A stretch of DNA of 64,000 nt from Fistulifera solaris (lineage: Eukaryota), in contig AP026145.1 of assembly GCA_030295235.1 (NCBI GenBank), positions 434,001 to 498,000 on the forward strand. The letters are read 5' to 3'. This document shows, one piece after another, positions 10,756 to 25,200 of this stretch. The position numbers were made by a program, and so were the translations under genes. Position 1 is the first letter of the stretch. Every line of letters starts with the position of its first letter. Below the pieces are notes generated by a model. That model was not told the DNA's origin and ran no database searches. It worked only from the letters and a program-made list of their open reading frames with translations.

Positions 10756-13700
10756 CTAGACACTGGCAGCATCCGATAGCGCCGTATCGTCATCATGACG
10801 ATAATGTGAAGAAGTCTCATCCGCGTACTGAATTCCACTACCTTCGCTCGAGCTTTTCAACTCGTACACCGGGGACCCTTTGAATCGTGTATAAACATTT
10901 TCTTTCGCAATGCGATTGTCGAAGGCATCAAAATCAGGTTGCGTCACGAGAGAATTTGGCGACGAGACATCCTCGTCATCGTCGATTAGCATCATTTCGG
11001 AGCTTTCCTCTTCAGAACTTTTAGGAGTGTTGAGTAGCTGCATTCTCTTTCCACTCTCCTTCGAACTTTCAATGTTCGTCGACCTTTGGCTGTTCTCCAA
11101 GTTTCCACTTTTCTTCGATTGTCCAATTTCCTCCAAGCTTTCAGTCTCGTCCGAGCTTCCGCTTTTATTATCAACCGCGGTTGCGCTTTCCTTTTCTTCC
11201 GCGCTTCCGCTTCCCTTGTCCTCCGATGCTTCATTTTTCTTCTCCTTTGCAGTTTCATTTGTGTCCTCCTTCGTTCTGTTCTCGGCCAACTTTTCAAGTC
11301 GCTTTACTTGGTCCCGATGTGCTTTCCACGGAAGATATAGAGCACTAAGGCGCTCGATCAGCACCTTCATTTCTTCGCGTAAGTTCGCAATGTCGTCCAA
11401 AGTGAACTTGAACTCGGCCCCGCGTGAAATCATTGCAATTTTCTCTTCCACGAGTTCGATGTACGAGAATGTACGGTTGCGTAATTGAAATAAACCGGAC
11501 GCATACCGACACACAAATACACCGCAATCCCAAGAGTTGTTCTGATATGGCACTGTGAAATAGATGTGAAGTGAGCTATTTGATGAAACAAATAATTGAC
11601 ATCGGGTGAACTTACCTTTGGGTGTTAGGACTGGTAGCGACGATTCGTTGAAAGGCGCCTCAACACCGCTTGACTTTCTCAGTCGCAACCACTCTGCGTT
11701 CAACCATTTGGTCACATTCCTGTGCACTCTATCTTTCTGATGCATTTTTAGTGAGTCGAAAAACAGAAGGCACGGCATCGGGGCATCGTCACTAGACGCA
11801 TTACCACTTTGATCAGCGGATGAAAGAATGTAACCAGGGTTTACTACCACACACAAAGACCAGTGAAGAGATTTGTTGACTAAAGGTCCGGCAATAATGT
11901 GAGACGACAAGCGACAAGATCGACTTCAACAAGGGCACACTTACTTGGAATAAAAACAAATCTCAGGTTAAACACGTCGATCTTCTTTTTGTTGTCCAGT
12001 TTGACACTCCTTCCACTCCATTATCTTCCAAAAGTCGTATAAAAATGTGTGGTAAAAACGTGAAAGTCTGCCGAGGTATGCTTTCGTGTCATCCTTTCGC
12101 AGAATGAGTTTATCAGGATCAATTAGAAGTTACGAAATGTATTGGCTTTTGAACTTACCACTGGAGAAAAAAATCAATCAAGGTATCGTTCAAATATACA
12201 CCCGGCTCCAGCCTTTCAAAATCTTCGACGCGAATTTCCACATGATGTCGTCGTCGCGTGTCCTCACTTGCCTCTGCATTACGAAGGTCCGACGTAACTT
12301 GGTCACAATCGTCTATATCCACCTCATCCATCTCTGTATCAGCAAAATTAGCGAATTGAAACTCGTTAAGGCCCTGGGCAGCATCATCTATGAGATGCGG
12401 GTCGCCTTCAAAAGGAAAGCTAAGTAAGATATCGTGGCTTGCTTTTCCGGCAAGGAAACCAACGCGTTTAGAAGACCCGACTTTCTTCTTGCGGCTTTGA
12501 GCTTCTTTCTTCGCGTCTGCAATAAGCGCGGATGCGTACAAGTCTGATCGACTTCGTGGTAAACGGTTATCATTTGTGAAGTACGCTTCGAAATGCGTAT
12601 TTTCCTGGACCACTCGTAGAAAAGTGGCGATGTCAGCATCTGATCGAAACTCTGCAACGATAAGTCCTTTTTCGTCGGTTGAATTTCCAGGGACGTATGT
12701 GCTAATACTGCTGAAGCCATTAGTCTTTGTTTTTTCTACTTTGAGCGCGATGAAGGATCCCGGTTCGGTAGCAGCATCGTCACTCGCTAAGCGCCCAGAG
12801 TTGTCAAAGCCATTATCAACATAATAGTAAACTTCCTCCACTTCTCCTTTCGCAAAATCTATGTTGTGGACCTTTTCTTTCGAGCGGGCCGAGTACCCAC
12901 ACGAAAGGATACCATCATTGAAAATCTTTATCTGACAAGAATGGTGCTTCACGCTTGATCCAACCGCTATCCTAGCGACGTCAAACCACACCAATAAATT
13001 CTTGAACAAGAAGAAAGTGTGGTGAGTTTAAGAGTATGTGAGACTTCTCAACAAACAATGCAACTTACCTGTTCGTCGTCCGAATCATCGTCGACCATGT
13101 CCACAAAATCGCTCTTCTTTCGTTTCGCGGATCCTGAATCCGAAATGGCGCTTTTACGTGCACTCGACCTAGTTTGATAAAGCGTGCGTGGTGTGTCTCC
13201 ACTGCGATTCTTGCGTTTTTCTATTGCAACAGAGGTTGCAGACGACAAGTCATCGTCAAAAAGATCATCGTCCTCGTACTTCATGGTTTTCCTCGCCGCT
13301 GGTTTGTCTTTGGTCCGCAGTTTCGTCGACGAGGCACAGCTGTCTTTAGAGAGCTCATCCCAGGTAATAGGCTCTTTCGAAGTCATATAACTTTTGATCG
13401 ATTCCTGGGAACCGCGACTCTCAGTCCGTTTTTTGCTTGGTTCCAAAGACCGGTCGCTGTTGAAACATGCATTGTTCGTTCGCAAGGAAGCGCCGGGGAC
13501 GATTGCCCGACCTGCATTCGCACTCTTTGCATTTTTCTTGCTTTTCAACGGATTCGTCGGAACCTCAACAGCGCGACTGAAGGAGGATTTGCGTTTTGTA
13601 TCAGATGTTGCTGTCAGCGAAGTATAGGTCTCCTTGATTTTCCTGCCTTCGCTGGAAGAAGGTGCTTTTGATAAGGTCAAGGCCATCGAAGGGACATATG

Positions 13701-14612
13701 GTTTGTCGTTCTCAATAACGTCTAATGCTCGCAGAATAGTTCGTTCCTCTGTGCTCGCGTTGCGGATATCTTTTCGTGTGGGTTGGTCCAAAGCGTTTGC
13801 TTTCTTTGTCGCCCTGGAAGAATCACCACCACGCTTCGATTGGTTGACAAAGTTGTCTTCTGACTCTGTCTCTCCATCCGTGCACAAATCGATTGCAGTG
13901 GAACTCCCACCTTTTCGGCTGAGTTTACTATGTACAGATGTTTCGTTCGACGACAAGTCGATGGAACAGTACGCGTCCTTCGCTTTGAAGTCATCGTTTA
14001 GCATCGTATTTGATTCTCTCTCTTTGAAAATTCCCTTGCGTCCGAAAGTGGCTTTCTTTGGAATTCGAGCAGTCATGTCTAGCAAGGTCGATTGCACTGG
14101 TTTGTCTCGTACCAACGTTAGTTGTGCCGGATAATTCTTCATAAGTTCCTGAACTTCATCGTCAGACTCTGTCTCAAAATTGTTATCCTTCTTCTTCTTC
14201 CGCGAGCTCAGAGACGATGACTTATAGTCGCCACGACTAGATGCTTCTCGCTGTTCGCGTAATACAATATCGAGCGGATCCTCCGTGTCCTTTCTTTTCT
14301 TTCGTTTCAAATCTTTTGACGAGGCTCCGATGACAGCTTTTGTGCTCTTTGGCTGATATCTCCTATTTTACTGTTGTATGAAGCGTTCGTCATTTTAACT
14401 TCTCCCAAAAAGCCCAAGCTATCGGTTGCTTCACTGAAGTTTCGAATGTTAAATGAGACGTCCGCGACATCAATATGACCGTTTCGTTTCAGTTTTCCCG
14501 TTCCTTGATGACCCCGTCCGCTGGTTTTCGGAGGGCCTGTCATGTAATGATCAAGGGTTGAAGCTGGACTGGAGCGAGAGCGTTTCTTTCTGGACTGGGA
14601 TGATTCGTTCAT
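10756..14612 (-). CDS. Ulp1/SENP family SUMO-specific cysteine protease (C48), Ulp2/SENP6-7-like, with a long disordered N-terminus; spliced and frameshifted
   Basis: EDFERLEPGVYLNDTLIDFFLQW, HWSLCVV, LFFDSL and QNNSWDCGVFVC give the His-Asp-Cys triad; upstream K/S/D-rich ORFs join via introns and a frameshift near 14308. Confidence 0.88.
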
Positions 14613-15099
14613 GATTTGGCTATCGTTTTGTGGTCGACAAAAACTGTGTGCCGGTTCTCCTCGCCCGCGAGCAATGAATTCAACTGCACAAGACCCAAGC
14701 TAGCTCTCAATCACGTCCCGCCGCTTCAGTTGGCAAGTGTTAGAAGCAAATACGGCAGGTGCTCCGAATTTACAATGGTTTAAACTGTTTTAAAATGCTT
14801 TTAATGACAGCGAGACGCTTTTGGTGCATTATTTCATTCTTTTTCGAGGGGCAGGACCGTGCTGCGTACGATGTCTTACCCTTGAAAAACCGTGACTATC
14901 CCGCATAAAGTACACCGTGGGCGGGAAAGTCAAACAAATAATTATCATGAGAAGCACATAATACTGCATAATACTTCCTAGTTAGACTGAATCATGACAT
15001 GGCGGTAAAACTAAGGTTGCATTCAAAAACATCTAAAAGACACCTGCAATGGAAAGATAAATGACTTCTGGTGACACCCTACCTGGTATGGTAGGTGAT

Positions 15100-15560
15100 T
15101 GTTGCTAACGCTGTGCTGAAACGGAAGACATCGTTTCGCAAAACTCTTCGACGTAAACTTTAATGACGACTAATAAAAACGCTGCTAAAGACTATCTCAT
15201 TGCAACAACGACAAATGGAGCTCAAACAATTTGGCGAATCAACGAATTGTGGGTAAAACATTGTGGCTCGAAAGAATATTGATTCATGACTGGAATACAG
15301 TCGTGGCGAAAGACGGACAACACTCTATCTGGTCGATACTAAATACGAACGACAAAATTTCGCAGGCTTTTCGACGTACAATACCAAGAGTGTAATGCAA
15401 CCATTAATGAGAGGACTATTGGATTCGCAGCAACCACAGTTAAGCTCTAAGCTATGCTGAAAAAATCGAATTGTAGGCAGCATTGTCGCTCAAAAGGATA
15501 TTGATTCATGACTGAAAAGCAGTCGTGGATAAGTTGTTTTACACTTTCGACTATAGTACA
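15100..15560. repeat. Degenerate tandem array, family B, 222 bp period, ~2 copies
   Basis: ATATTGATTCATGACTG(G/A)AA with TCATG at 15284 and 15506; shared blocks TTTCGCA, TTCGACGTA, GACTAT, AGCTC, CGAATTGT, CATTGT.GCTC in both units. Confidence 0.8.
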
Positions 15561-15792
15561 CGCAGTCGTACTTATTTCAGACAGACGGAAATTCTGAAGC
15601 TTCCGTTTTTCAGCAAGCTTGTACCTGTAAAGCTACCTGGTACATTTTATTTTTTGTACGATGATGATTCGTGATTTGCCCCTACTACCTCTAGTATCGA
15701 CTCTAGACGCTGCCACTTGAAAAATAGTCCTTGAATGGTTGTGTTTGTTTCATTTACAAGAGTATATTGACTACAACGTCTAGTACTGAAGA

Positions 15793-17393
15793 CTAGCATT
15801 CAAAACAGCACGGGCAGATGACGGTTGACACATTTCCTTTGCAATCCGATTTCATCTTTTCAAACTGCGGCCATATCGCGTTACACAGCGTCTCGTCTGC
15901 TGGACCCAAGGATCCCGTCAACGCAGAGTTATTGTGCAAAAGAGCTTCTGTAAGTTGGTCCACTTGTACCCGAACGATTCTGGTATCTCACCGCTCAATT
16001 GGTTGTTGTGTAAAAACAAGTGAGACAGAGAATTGTTCATCGGAGGAGTAATCGATGGTAGTTTACCCGTCAGCTCGTTGTAGTCGAGGTACAAATAGAC
16101 CAAGTTGGCACTGCCAAAGTAGCTTTCAGGTATTTCACCTGTTAATGCGTTCCAATAAAGATTCAGGTGCTGAAGCGCTGGTGGAATGGGATCCGGCAAG
16201 CGTCCGCTGAAGTTCGCGTTCACGGCCTCTAAGTGCGTAAGTTCCGGCAGATCCGATAGCCACGTAGGGAGACTTCCTTCCAGCAAGTTGTTACTCAGTC
16301 GAATTTCGGTCAAACTCGTTGCTGGGCTAGAGTCTGCGGCTAGCTCGAAGGGTCCTTCGAGAAAGTTATCAGACAAATCTACAATCTGTAGGGAAGGGAT
16401 AGACCAAAGCGAAGGAGGAATGAGTCCCGTTAAATTGTTCTTGGACAAATCGACACGGTATAAGTTTTCCGTTTGGTCAAAAACAGTTGTCGCGATCGAG
16501 CCAGTGATGTTGTTGTCCGTTAAATTGAGCCATTGAAGTTTCGAAAGATGACCCAATTCGCTGGGTAATGTGCCTGTCAAGTTGTTGAAAGGTATGTGAA
16601 GAGTGATGACTACCTCTTCGTCTTCGCTGCAACTGACTCCTGCCCACTGGCATTCCGTTACGTCGCGAGTCAAGAAGCCCTCGTCCCTCCAATAATCACC
16701 GTTCAGCGAATAATAGAATAGGACAAGTATGTACCGTTGTATTACCCAAACCGAACGATCTCGGATCACATCTTCACGGAGAAGATCCTGATACAGCATC
16801 CACTGGCGGGCTCGGTAATAGTGAGATGTTTCGTTGGCGATTAAATTATCATAATCCGCTGTAACTGATCGCAAAGTAGAATCTAACAATGCGATTGTTT
16901 CCGGGAGAGGGGCGGTATTCAGGGTATCGCCCGCCGGTGTTCGTAAAGAAGGTCGTGCACTGGGAGCATTCAGCAGAGGACTCCCCGTAGGTATATTCGG
17001 CGAGGCGGGCATCGCTTCTGGTCCACTCACCGCCGCAGGATCATCCATGGGCGCGGTAGCAACAACAACTATTCCAACAATAACTCCTACAAGCAGAATA
17101 CAGCTCCCGAGAATCAAAACAAGATTTCTCTTCAAAAATCGCTCGCACGCCCGCTTTTTCGACGGTGGGCTCTGCGCGGTTTCCGGTAAGGCGGTACTTC
17201 CTGGCAGAATCGCTCCTACGGAGGACGGCGCTTCGCTGCGCGGTCCATTTCGAACACTGCTAGCAACATTCGATATTTCGGAAGGGGCGCGAGGGCCTCG
17301 GGTAATGTTATTGGGGAGAACGAAGCCGGGCGCAATCGAGCTGGTGTCGGATCGATCTTCATGAATTGTTTTCAAAAATTGGTCTTGTTGCAT
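15793..17393 (-). CDS. Type II membrane leucine-rich-repeat receptor-like protein
   Basis: N-terminal TM helix, QRYILVLFYYSLNGDYW...ECQWAGVSC cap, ~10 plant-type LRRs (NNLTGTLPSELGHL). After a frameshift near 15940 it ends in ...ICPCCFEC* (stop at 15793). True start uncertain. Confidence 0.88.
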
Positions 17394-18168
17394 CGTCCGT
17401 GTTATCAGTTGATGATATCATTCAGCAATGCACAAATCTGATCGCCAACAAGCTTCTTGCTGTCTTTTTTGAACGAAAGAAAGAGCAAACGGCTTCGTTG
17501 CGGTCCTTGTTTGTTATCGTGCCAGATTGCGTTTTTTGCGTCACAACCACATCCATTTCGAATTTTTTTTGCGATGCAGCGCGATTATGAAGAGGACGTG
17601 TGCGCTGGGACACAGTTTTCTACAGTATAGTGCAGTCTATCGGTACCGGTCGAAGTACATTATGTATCACGTATCTCTCAACGGTTTCTTGCGACGGTTT
17701 CGTTGCATGTGAAAGTCACGGTGAAAAGGGCACGTCAAAAAGATGCACGATCGCAGTGTAATGAATAGTGTACGAAAACGTATAAGTAAACTACCTTCGT
17801 TCGGCGTCATCTTCAGTCATTTTCCGAAGTTCAAGTCCACAAACTTCCGTCAGCATGGCAGGCCCAAAAACCATGAAAGACTTTACAACAAGCCGAGACT
17901 ATAACACAGGGTTCAATCGTGTCAAAGACGCACTGAAAGCATCCCCTAATAGGGAGGAGTCTCTTAAGAAGAGGAGGTAGAAGGTAGTCTTTCGAGGAAG
18001 TGAGATGGCTACCGTAGCTAGAATCTGGAAAGAGATAACAGATAGGCCTCCTGTTGATGTAGGCCTTTCGTTTTTTATGATAAAGGAGCGATCCAACTCG
18101 GATCATTCCTTTTATTATTAATAAATGTATTCTATAGAATTACATACAAATACTTGGGAGCAGGTCAT

Positions 18169-18654
18169 TCATTCATTTGTTTCCGCCATTGATTCCGAGT
18201 GGAGATTGGCCAAATGAAACAAGCTTCGGACGACGACATGCATCGAAAGAACCGTGGTGGATAGCACCATGACCAGAAAAGCGCCTTCCAACCAACCGAC
18301 GGCAATCAGAACAAGAAGAACGACAGTGATATATTCGGGAAGGATAGAAGCGCTTTGGACCGTCTTGTGAAAGAGTCGAGAAGCAATGATCCACAAGCCG
18401 ATGCACCAATTGACCATATTAAGATGTAGATTGTCAGAACTATGTCCAATGTTGAACTGAATTACCAGCAGTAGAGACAACATAGTCCTAACAAAACTTC
18501 GTGGCATGGAACTGTCGTTACATTGAGAGGGAGCATCTTCTCGGAATGATTCGCAACCTTTGATGGTATCCTTCTTTAGAAACGGCTCGTTTAACTGCTC
18601 TTGTATCATCTTATCCGCAACGAAAGATTTCGCGGAAAAATTTGAATTCCACAT
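18169..18654 (-). CDS. Hypothetical small multi-pass membrane protein
   Basis: 161 aa ORF with 3-4 hydrophobic segments. Confidence 0.5.
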   Translation of the reverse strand: MWNSNFSAKSFVADKMIQEQLNEPFLKKDTIKGCESFREDAPSQCNDSSMPRSFVRTMLSLLLVIQFNIGHSSDNLHLNMVNWCIGLWIIASRLFHKTVQSASILPEYITVVLLVLIAVGWLEGAFLVMVLSTTVLSMHVVVRSLFHLANLHSESMAETNE

Positions 18655-19281
18655 GAGACGCTTGGAAAGTTTAGGATAGGAACAAGAACAATTGGGGTGC
18701 GATGAAAATGGATGAGCGTCGTTTGTGTGTATCTATTCTTCCTCGGAGAATCGTTTTCACACTCAATTCCGCAACTCCGCTGTTATAGAATGATCCAGCT
18801 TTGTCGAGTAAGCGATAGAGTTGTTACCGTCGCGGTCGATTTTCGCCATGGTCGTCCACTTTATGCACAACTCCGCATTTCGCTTGTCGTTGGTTCGTTG
18901 GTTAATAACGATGAAAAGTGAACCGGTGCATGGCAGGCGCTCCTTTTCCGTTGGTACTTTGTTATATCTCTTATATAGTAGGATCCTTTTTCCGTTGAAG
19001 TGGGTGGAAGTTCTGAGACGTCTGGGCTTGGCACGAAGAAGCCAGAAAACGTCAAAAATCTTTGAAACGTCGCCGCGACGAGAGCGAAGTCAATGATCAT
19101 AACAAAAAGTTCTTGTTTACTTATATTTACAATCAACAAGCACTTGGCTTTTGCTAAATATCTCTTGAAACGAATTCAGCGTCTCTTTATTAGGATCCCG
19201 CGGTGACGAATATTCGTGCCTGACACGCAAAGTAGTTCTTTTTCTTTTTCTCGCGCACGATCTGCATCATCACCGGTCGTC

Positions 19282-22200
19282 ATGGCGGGAACGAAACGTC
19301 GTAGAGGAGGGTAAGTTCTGCCTTGTAATAAAGAATTTTGTATTTATCAAATCAATTCTTACCTCTCCGAAGCTCCAAGAAAGCCGCGGCCCCCAAAGTG
19401 TCATCCGTTCCTCCGGTCAATCGCTTGATTGCACGACTCTTGCAGTGGCAGAAAGAATCTCCCACGGCGGTAGAACGTCTTTGGAACGACGAAACTCCCG
19501 TGCAATTTCTATCGGAAGAATTTCGGGCGACTTCCGAACGGAACGAGGATGCTGTTGCTGCGGAAGATACCCTCGGATACGTTCTTTTGCTGGCGGCGCA
19601 AACTCTAGAACGTCTCACGGACAGTGAACAGAATGCGGTCCGTATGGCGTGGTTGGCGTTTGCGGTAGCGCCCTTGGCGTGTCCGCGCTCGGATTCTTGG
19701 TCGACGAAGACGGCGCGTCATGTGGCGGGCCGCGCCTTTCTGGCCAGCGTTTGCGCCGCGCATCAAGCCCTCGCGCACTTGGTCGCCCATCCCTCGAGCG
19801 ATGAACGCACCGCCATTGCGATGTTGGCCGCTATTCTGACTCTGGATACGGCACTTTCTTCTGCGGGACTCAAAGACAGTAGTAATTCCTCGCGACAAGC
19901 CCGACCGGTTTGGGAACGGTCACGAGCGGCTTTGCGACTTCATGCGGAGAAGTACTGGCTCGAGAAGGAGCAAAACGAGATGGACGATTCGACTGCTTGG
20001 GACCCAAAGATGGAAGCATGTTGGTCTTATATACATGAGGAAATAATTGCCGTTCAAAGTCTTCACAATTTTTTTGCTCAAGCGATCGACACCTATTATT
20101 TGATAACGGATCACAGCACTGTTTCTAGTCGATGGGTAGCAATGGCGTTGACGATACATGGTGAGCCGCACTGGTTGGAGACGAGTATAGCCTTGCTGGA
20201 AGGGCCCTGGATGGAATACTGGTCGTGTCCTGTGATCGGTGATGTCATGGTCCAGCAAGAGTCTTCTTCGACGTCCATTCGCAAGCGCGGAACAAATGAA
20301 CCTGTCGAGAGTGGAATGCTATACGAACTTTTCGGGCCCGCTGTCGCTGTCATGCTGGTCTCGAAAATGGTGCAGTTCTTTCGGACAGTCAACAGAAGTG
20401 TCGAGCGCAAATTTAAAGGCAACCTTTACGTCTATATGAATGCTTGCTGGTCGCAACGCATTGACAACAAACAAGACCCACACGACACCGGTGCCATACT
20501 TTTGTATCGACTATTGGATGTACATCGTCGATGCCTGGATGAAATGCAGTTACCGGTTGTGAACGATGATGACGCCATTGAGAGCACGGAGGCCCCTGGG
20601 AGCTACTATCCTTTTGTAAGCGATGTCTTGGAGCAATTGTCGACCGCAATTTCGAGTTCTCCCTCTCTTTCACACGAGGCTCAGGTTCAAGTCAGAAGCG
20701 CTTTGGACGGATTGTCCGTCGCCTTCATATTTCGTCAACATCAAAACGCACAGGTGATAGATGCACGTCTCCTGCAATTCGCTATGTTGCAGGTCGTTAG
20801 AGCGCTCAATCAATCTCGTGGCTCGAACGAAAGTGCATTGTGGTTGTCGAAAAAATCTTCGCTGCTACCTTTACCAGTACCCGCATTGTCAAAAACGAAA
20901 AGCCAAAAGAAGAAGCACAGCACAAAAGTACTTATGCAGGGATGTTTCCTGCAGATTACGGTCCTCCGCATAGAGGTGACGCGAAGCTTGCTTTAGTCCT
21001 CCGTGCAATATCCGCCGCTGGTTCATGGGATGCACGTTGCTCGGAATTTCTTTCGATTCTGTTGAATCTTATCGCTAGTTTGTATGATACAAGAAATTTG
21101 GAGTATCCAACCACTTTGACGCGTAAAGCTTCTACTGTCCCTACAAATAATTCATCTCCCCGTTCTCACTCACGCAACACTCGGACGGGAAAACGTCGCA
21201 AAGTAGAGAGCGGGGAGTTCAATCGCGAAGCCTATGCACTATCATCGTGGTCTAGAATGACTGCTACCAGAGCATTAGTTTGCTCGACTGCTCTCGATGC
21301 CCTATCGCTTTGTTTGCGTTGTTCCCATAATGACTTGAGTCTATCACAATTGCAGAGACTCTTTCGAACAGGCTTGAATGGTGAACATGTTCTCAAGTTT
21401 CTACATTTAAACAATGCGCTCTCTTGTGTCTTGCCAGGCACGCTTGTTGACGATCAGCCCGTAGGTGAAAATGCAGAGCACGAAGATAGTTCTTATACTG
21501 ACGGGGAGAATAATGTATGGTAGGTTCAGGAGTCGTCTTGTTGAAAACGATCGTTAAATGCTAACTCCCTTCATAAAGGTCTTCCCACATAAATGCTTGT
21601 TTAACATTGGCGCGAGGGCGGATATCTTTTCGAAGTGATGATAAACACATCTTTTTGGGCCCGTGGAGGATGGATGTATTGAAAGAAATCTCAAGTCTTT
21701 GTGGAGGTCGGGGAATAATGTGGCCGTTGTGGCTGCCTCCGCCTCTTCGCGTAACCGTGGCTGCGAATCTGGTGTGCGAAGATTCTCAGCCAGGTTGCTA
21801 TGATGCAGAGCTTTTTATTGTCAATGGCACGCTTATGTCGATCGAAGAAGTTCTGAATTCGTTCGCAACTTGGCGTTTTCGAGACCCCAGCAGAAAAGAC
21901 GCGATGGTTTGCAGTGCGTACGACAAAGTGCTTTTGTCGCTTGACGACGCGCGATTGATCTTAGGCGCCCTATGCCGTCTTGACAGAGACAGTCAACGGG
22001 ACTTTTTCACAAAGTTGGTACGGATTGTCCGCCAGTGGCTTGAACGTGTCAATGAGCGATCCGGCGACTTCACAAAGCTGAAGGATGACTATGAGGCTTC
22101 GGGATTCGTGTCGCGTATCACTACATTTTGCTCGAATGTATACTTTCTTTTGCGATCAGGAGTTGCTGTAAGACGCGAGTTAGTGGAGCTTGTTGGTTCG

Positions 22201-25200
22201 TCTCAAACTTCATCTGCGCTTAAGTTGAGACGAAGTCCACAAACATGTGCTGAAAAGAGTTTCATGGGGGTTCTAGGAAATTGGAAATTTTCGGACGATG
22301 TTTCGTCTAAAATATTGCTTGAAGATGTTGATCCCATAGCGCAGGAATCGATGAGGCATGTTCTTGAGGAATCCTTTCGTCTTGGGTTTACGACAGGTCA
22401 GACGGACAACGGGCGTTTAGTTTATTCCGCGTGGAACGGTTTGGGGAAAAGCGATCTATGGAGCATGAAGGAAGAGATCGCTCCAATTTCCCAACGATTT
22501 GGTTTAGATGCATCTCATGTATCGTCGGTGATCCTCGAACTCCGAGACGATATCTGTTTAGTCGACCGGTTTCTCCGCAAATTAAATCCGAACGCGTCAT
22601 CAGTATCTCCACTTGTGGCTGCCGTCGATAGTCAAATGAGATTTGACTTTCGGAACAAAAACAGAGCTGTCGCTAAAGATTGGATCATGCTTACGCGCTA
22701 TGATAAATAAGGCGTCCGCGTTGGTAGAGATTTTACTAGGGAATGAGATGGGCGAAGCTTTATCGCTGTCATCATCTCAACTTCCTTCTCTTGTTCATAC
22801 ATTGTCGACCTATGTTTGCTTTGCTGTATCAGCTTGCACAGTACCCAAAAACGATTTCTTTTCTGCATTTTGTCAAAAGAGGAAACGAGGGAATTCTACT
22901 GAAAGTGATACAAGCGTCTCGGACGACGATACTTCTGAGGTGGGCAACGGCGATCGTGTAGATTCTTTGAAGAAGTTTCAAGATATCTGCGCTCAAACTG
23001 GCGCTAGTCCTGTCTACCCAGATTGGCTGGACATGGATTGCAAATTATTGGATCGAGCAAGCCTTGACATGGCGTTGGACATTGCAGAAAAGGCAAACAG
23101 GTGCATTACGTCGTTGGTAACGGTTTGCATTCGTGAAGTAAAAGTTCGTCAAGCTACTGTCCTTGCTGGCGAAAAGTCTCCACTACTTGACCTTGTTTCT
23201 CCTATCATCGAGCTCTGTTGGTTGGACCGGTTCTGGGATGAAAGCTTGTATTCTTCAGAGGGCCGTTCTCAGATTTCCTTGCAGGACAGCGAAGGATTGT
23301 GTGAACTGCTAAGCGAATACTTAGGGATTGAGACCGTTGATATGTGTTATGCCGTTGAAATGCTATCTTCTAAGATTCATGGCAGTCAATCGATGACGTC
23401 GTTTACATGCGGTGCTTCTCAACGCGTAAATGGAAAGTTGTCTGATCTTTTGCGTCAAAACGATGTGGGTACGATTGACCTAACTACGCAAATGCTGCGA
23501 GCGACTTATGAATGGGAAATGCTTCTTGCTCGGGGACTTGCTCCTGCCTGCCTAGGGCAGAGTGAGGTTTCCGGTGTTTCCGCTGGTTCCAGGCAACCGT
23601 TTCTTGAAGCAATTCGATGGATGAACGCGCTGTATGGAGCTGTCGACTGTTTTACTCCAGTGGTAGCTTTGATTCACTTCGGAGTCCACCGTGACAGGGA
23701 TGTACGGGCCATACGACGATCCTCGGAAATTCAGATAGATGATTTGGAAAGAAACTATGAGTACTTTAGGGGTGCTATTGACGGTGCTGATGTACCCATT
23801 TCTTTGAAACAATCGGTACACGAGATGCTAGCAGTTTTATCTGTTCTTCCTTCATCAGTGTGCTCAAGCTCGTCAGCGGTGCAAATATGTACGGAAGAAA
23901 ATACTTTTTGCGTTTGAAAAGCTGCACTTGCTTGTGGAAGGCACTATATATTTTAAGCGGATGGCCAGTGCCAGAGAAGTTTACAGATCGGGAATTATTA
24001 AGTCGAAGCGTTGTGGACAGGTTGGTTGCGTTTATGGAGAACGCGCAAAGCGAACAGAAAAGCTGGACCTGGACATCATCAAGCGATACGCTGCTGTCAG
24101 CCCTTTGTGAGTTTTGAGTCTTCCAAAGTCACAGCCTTTGAAAGGGTAGAGTTTGATGCGAGAATTTTAGAAGAAGCTATACGAAGAACTATCAGTCACT
24201 CTGGAGATCACAGAGACATATTTGAAATCGATAGATTCGGGTTACTTCGCTGTCTGACGAACTTGATAAAGTCCAGCCTCCCAAGCAATAGGTCACGTGT
24301 CTTTTTTGTCGAAAAGGTTACCATGGTTTTAAGAAGTCTGATAGAGGTTGATGATGAGGACGGGCGAGTTTCGTCCGTAATGGGGATTTTGGAAGAATGG
24401 GACGACGATGCCCTGCGTCGTCTTTTTACTAGATGACATTTGCTTTTGCTCCGAAAGTGAAAGTGGGAGCGAACTGTCAATGGAACTCCAGGCGAAATTG
24501 TGTTCCCTCTTTTCAGTCATCCTTCTTTGTAAGGGAAGCTTATATTTGGGGTATCGAATGCCGGAGATTATTACAAAGACCCTATTGGAATCCTTCAAGA
24601 TATGGTGGAAAAATCCACTAAACGCGAGGGTTCAAATTCTCAACTTGCTCCTGGTACATTCGACGGTTACTAGAGACTTACATTTGGTTGGAGAATCACT
24701 AATAGCATCCTACAAGGAGAGTAAGCTGCTTTCTACGAGGGACTTCTGCTACTGTTTAATCTTTGTTTCCTCTCTTCAAAAAAGTTTAGAAAGGAGGCTC
24801 AGCGCCGACACTGGGACGGAGGGGGACATCTCGCTACACTTCCTTCGGTTTGTTCCTATGTCGCGTTCCCAGATTTCCACGAGCAGCATTGGTGTACGTT
24901 CGTTTCAAGTTTCTTCATGGCCCGAATTTTCTTTCTCACATATCCGTTATCCACTTTTGTAGACCAATGCTATACTTGTGGTTTGGTTGGCGACCGAGGA
25001 TGTTGCTCGTTGTGTGCCCTTGTTTGTCACAGAGGCCATGACGTTTCCTACGCTCGTAAGAGTTCTTTTTTCTGTGATTGTGGAGCTGAACAGCCCAGCA
25101 TTGGGGACACGTCGAGAGTCAGATGCAAGTGTTTAAGCGCTGTTTCAAAAGTTGAAATAGATGAACTTCAGACTGAAGAGCGGGAAAGTTTTCACCATGA

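Noticed and set aside
10910..11488. Long antisense Ser/Phe/Leu-rich ORFs (also opposite other charged regions)
   Set aside because: Shadow frames of K/E/D-rich coding sequence on the other strand.
17855..17980. Small ORF MAGPKTMKDF... (41 aa)
   Set aside because: Short, with no recognisable motif or other support.
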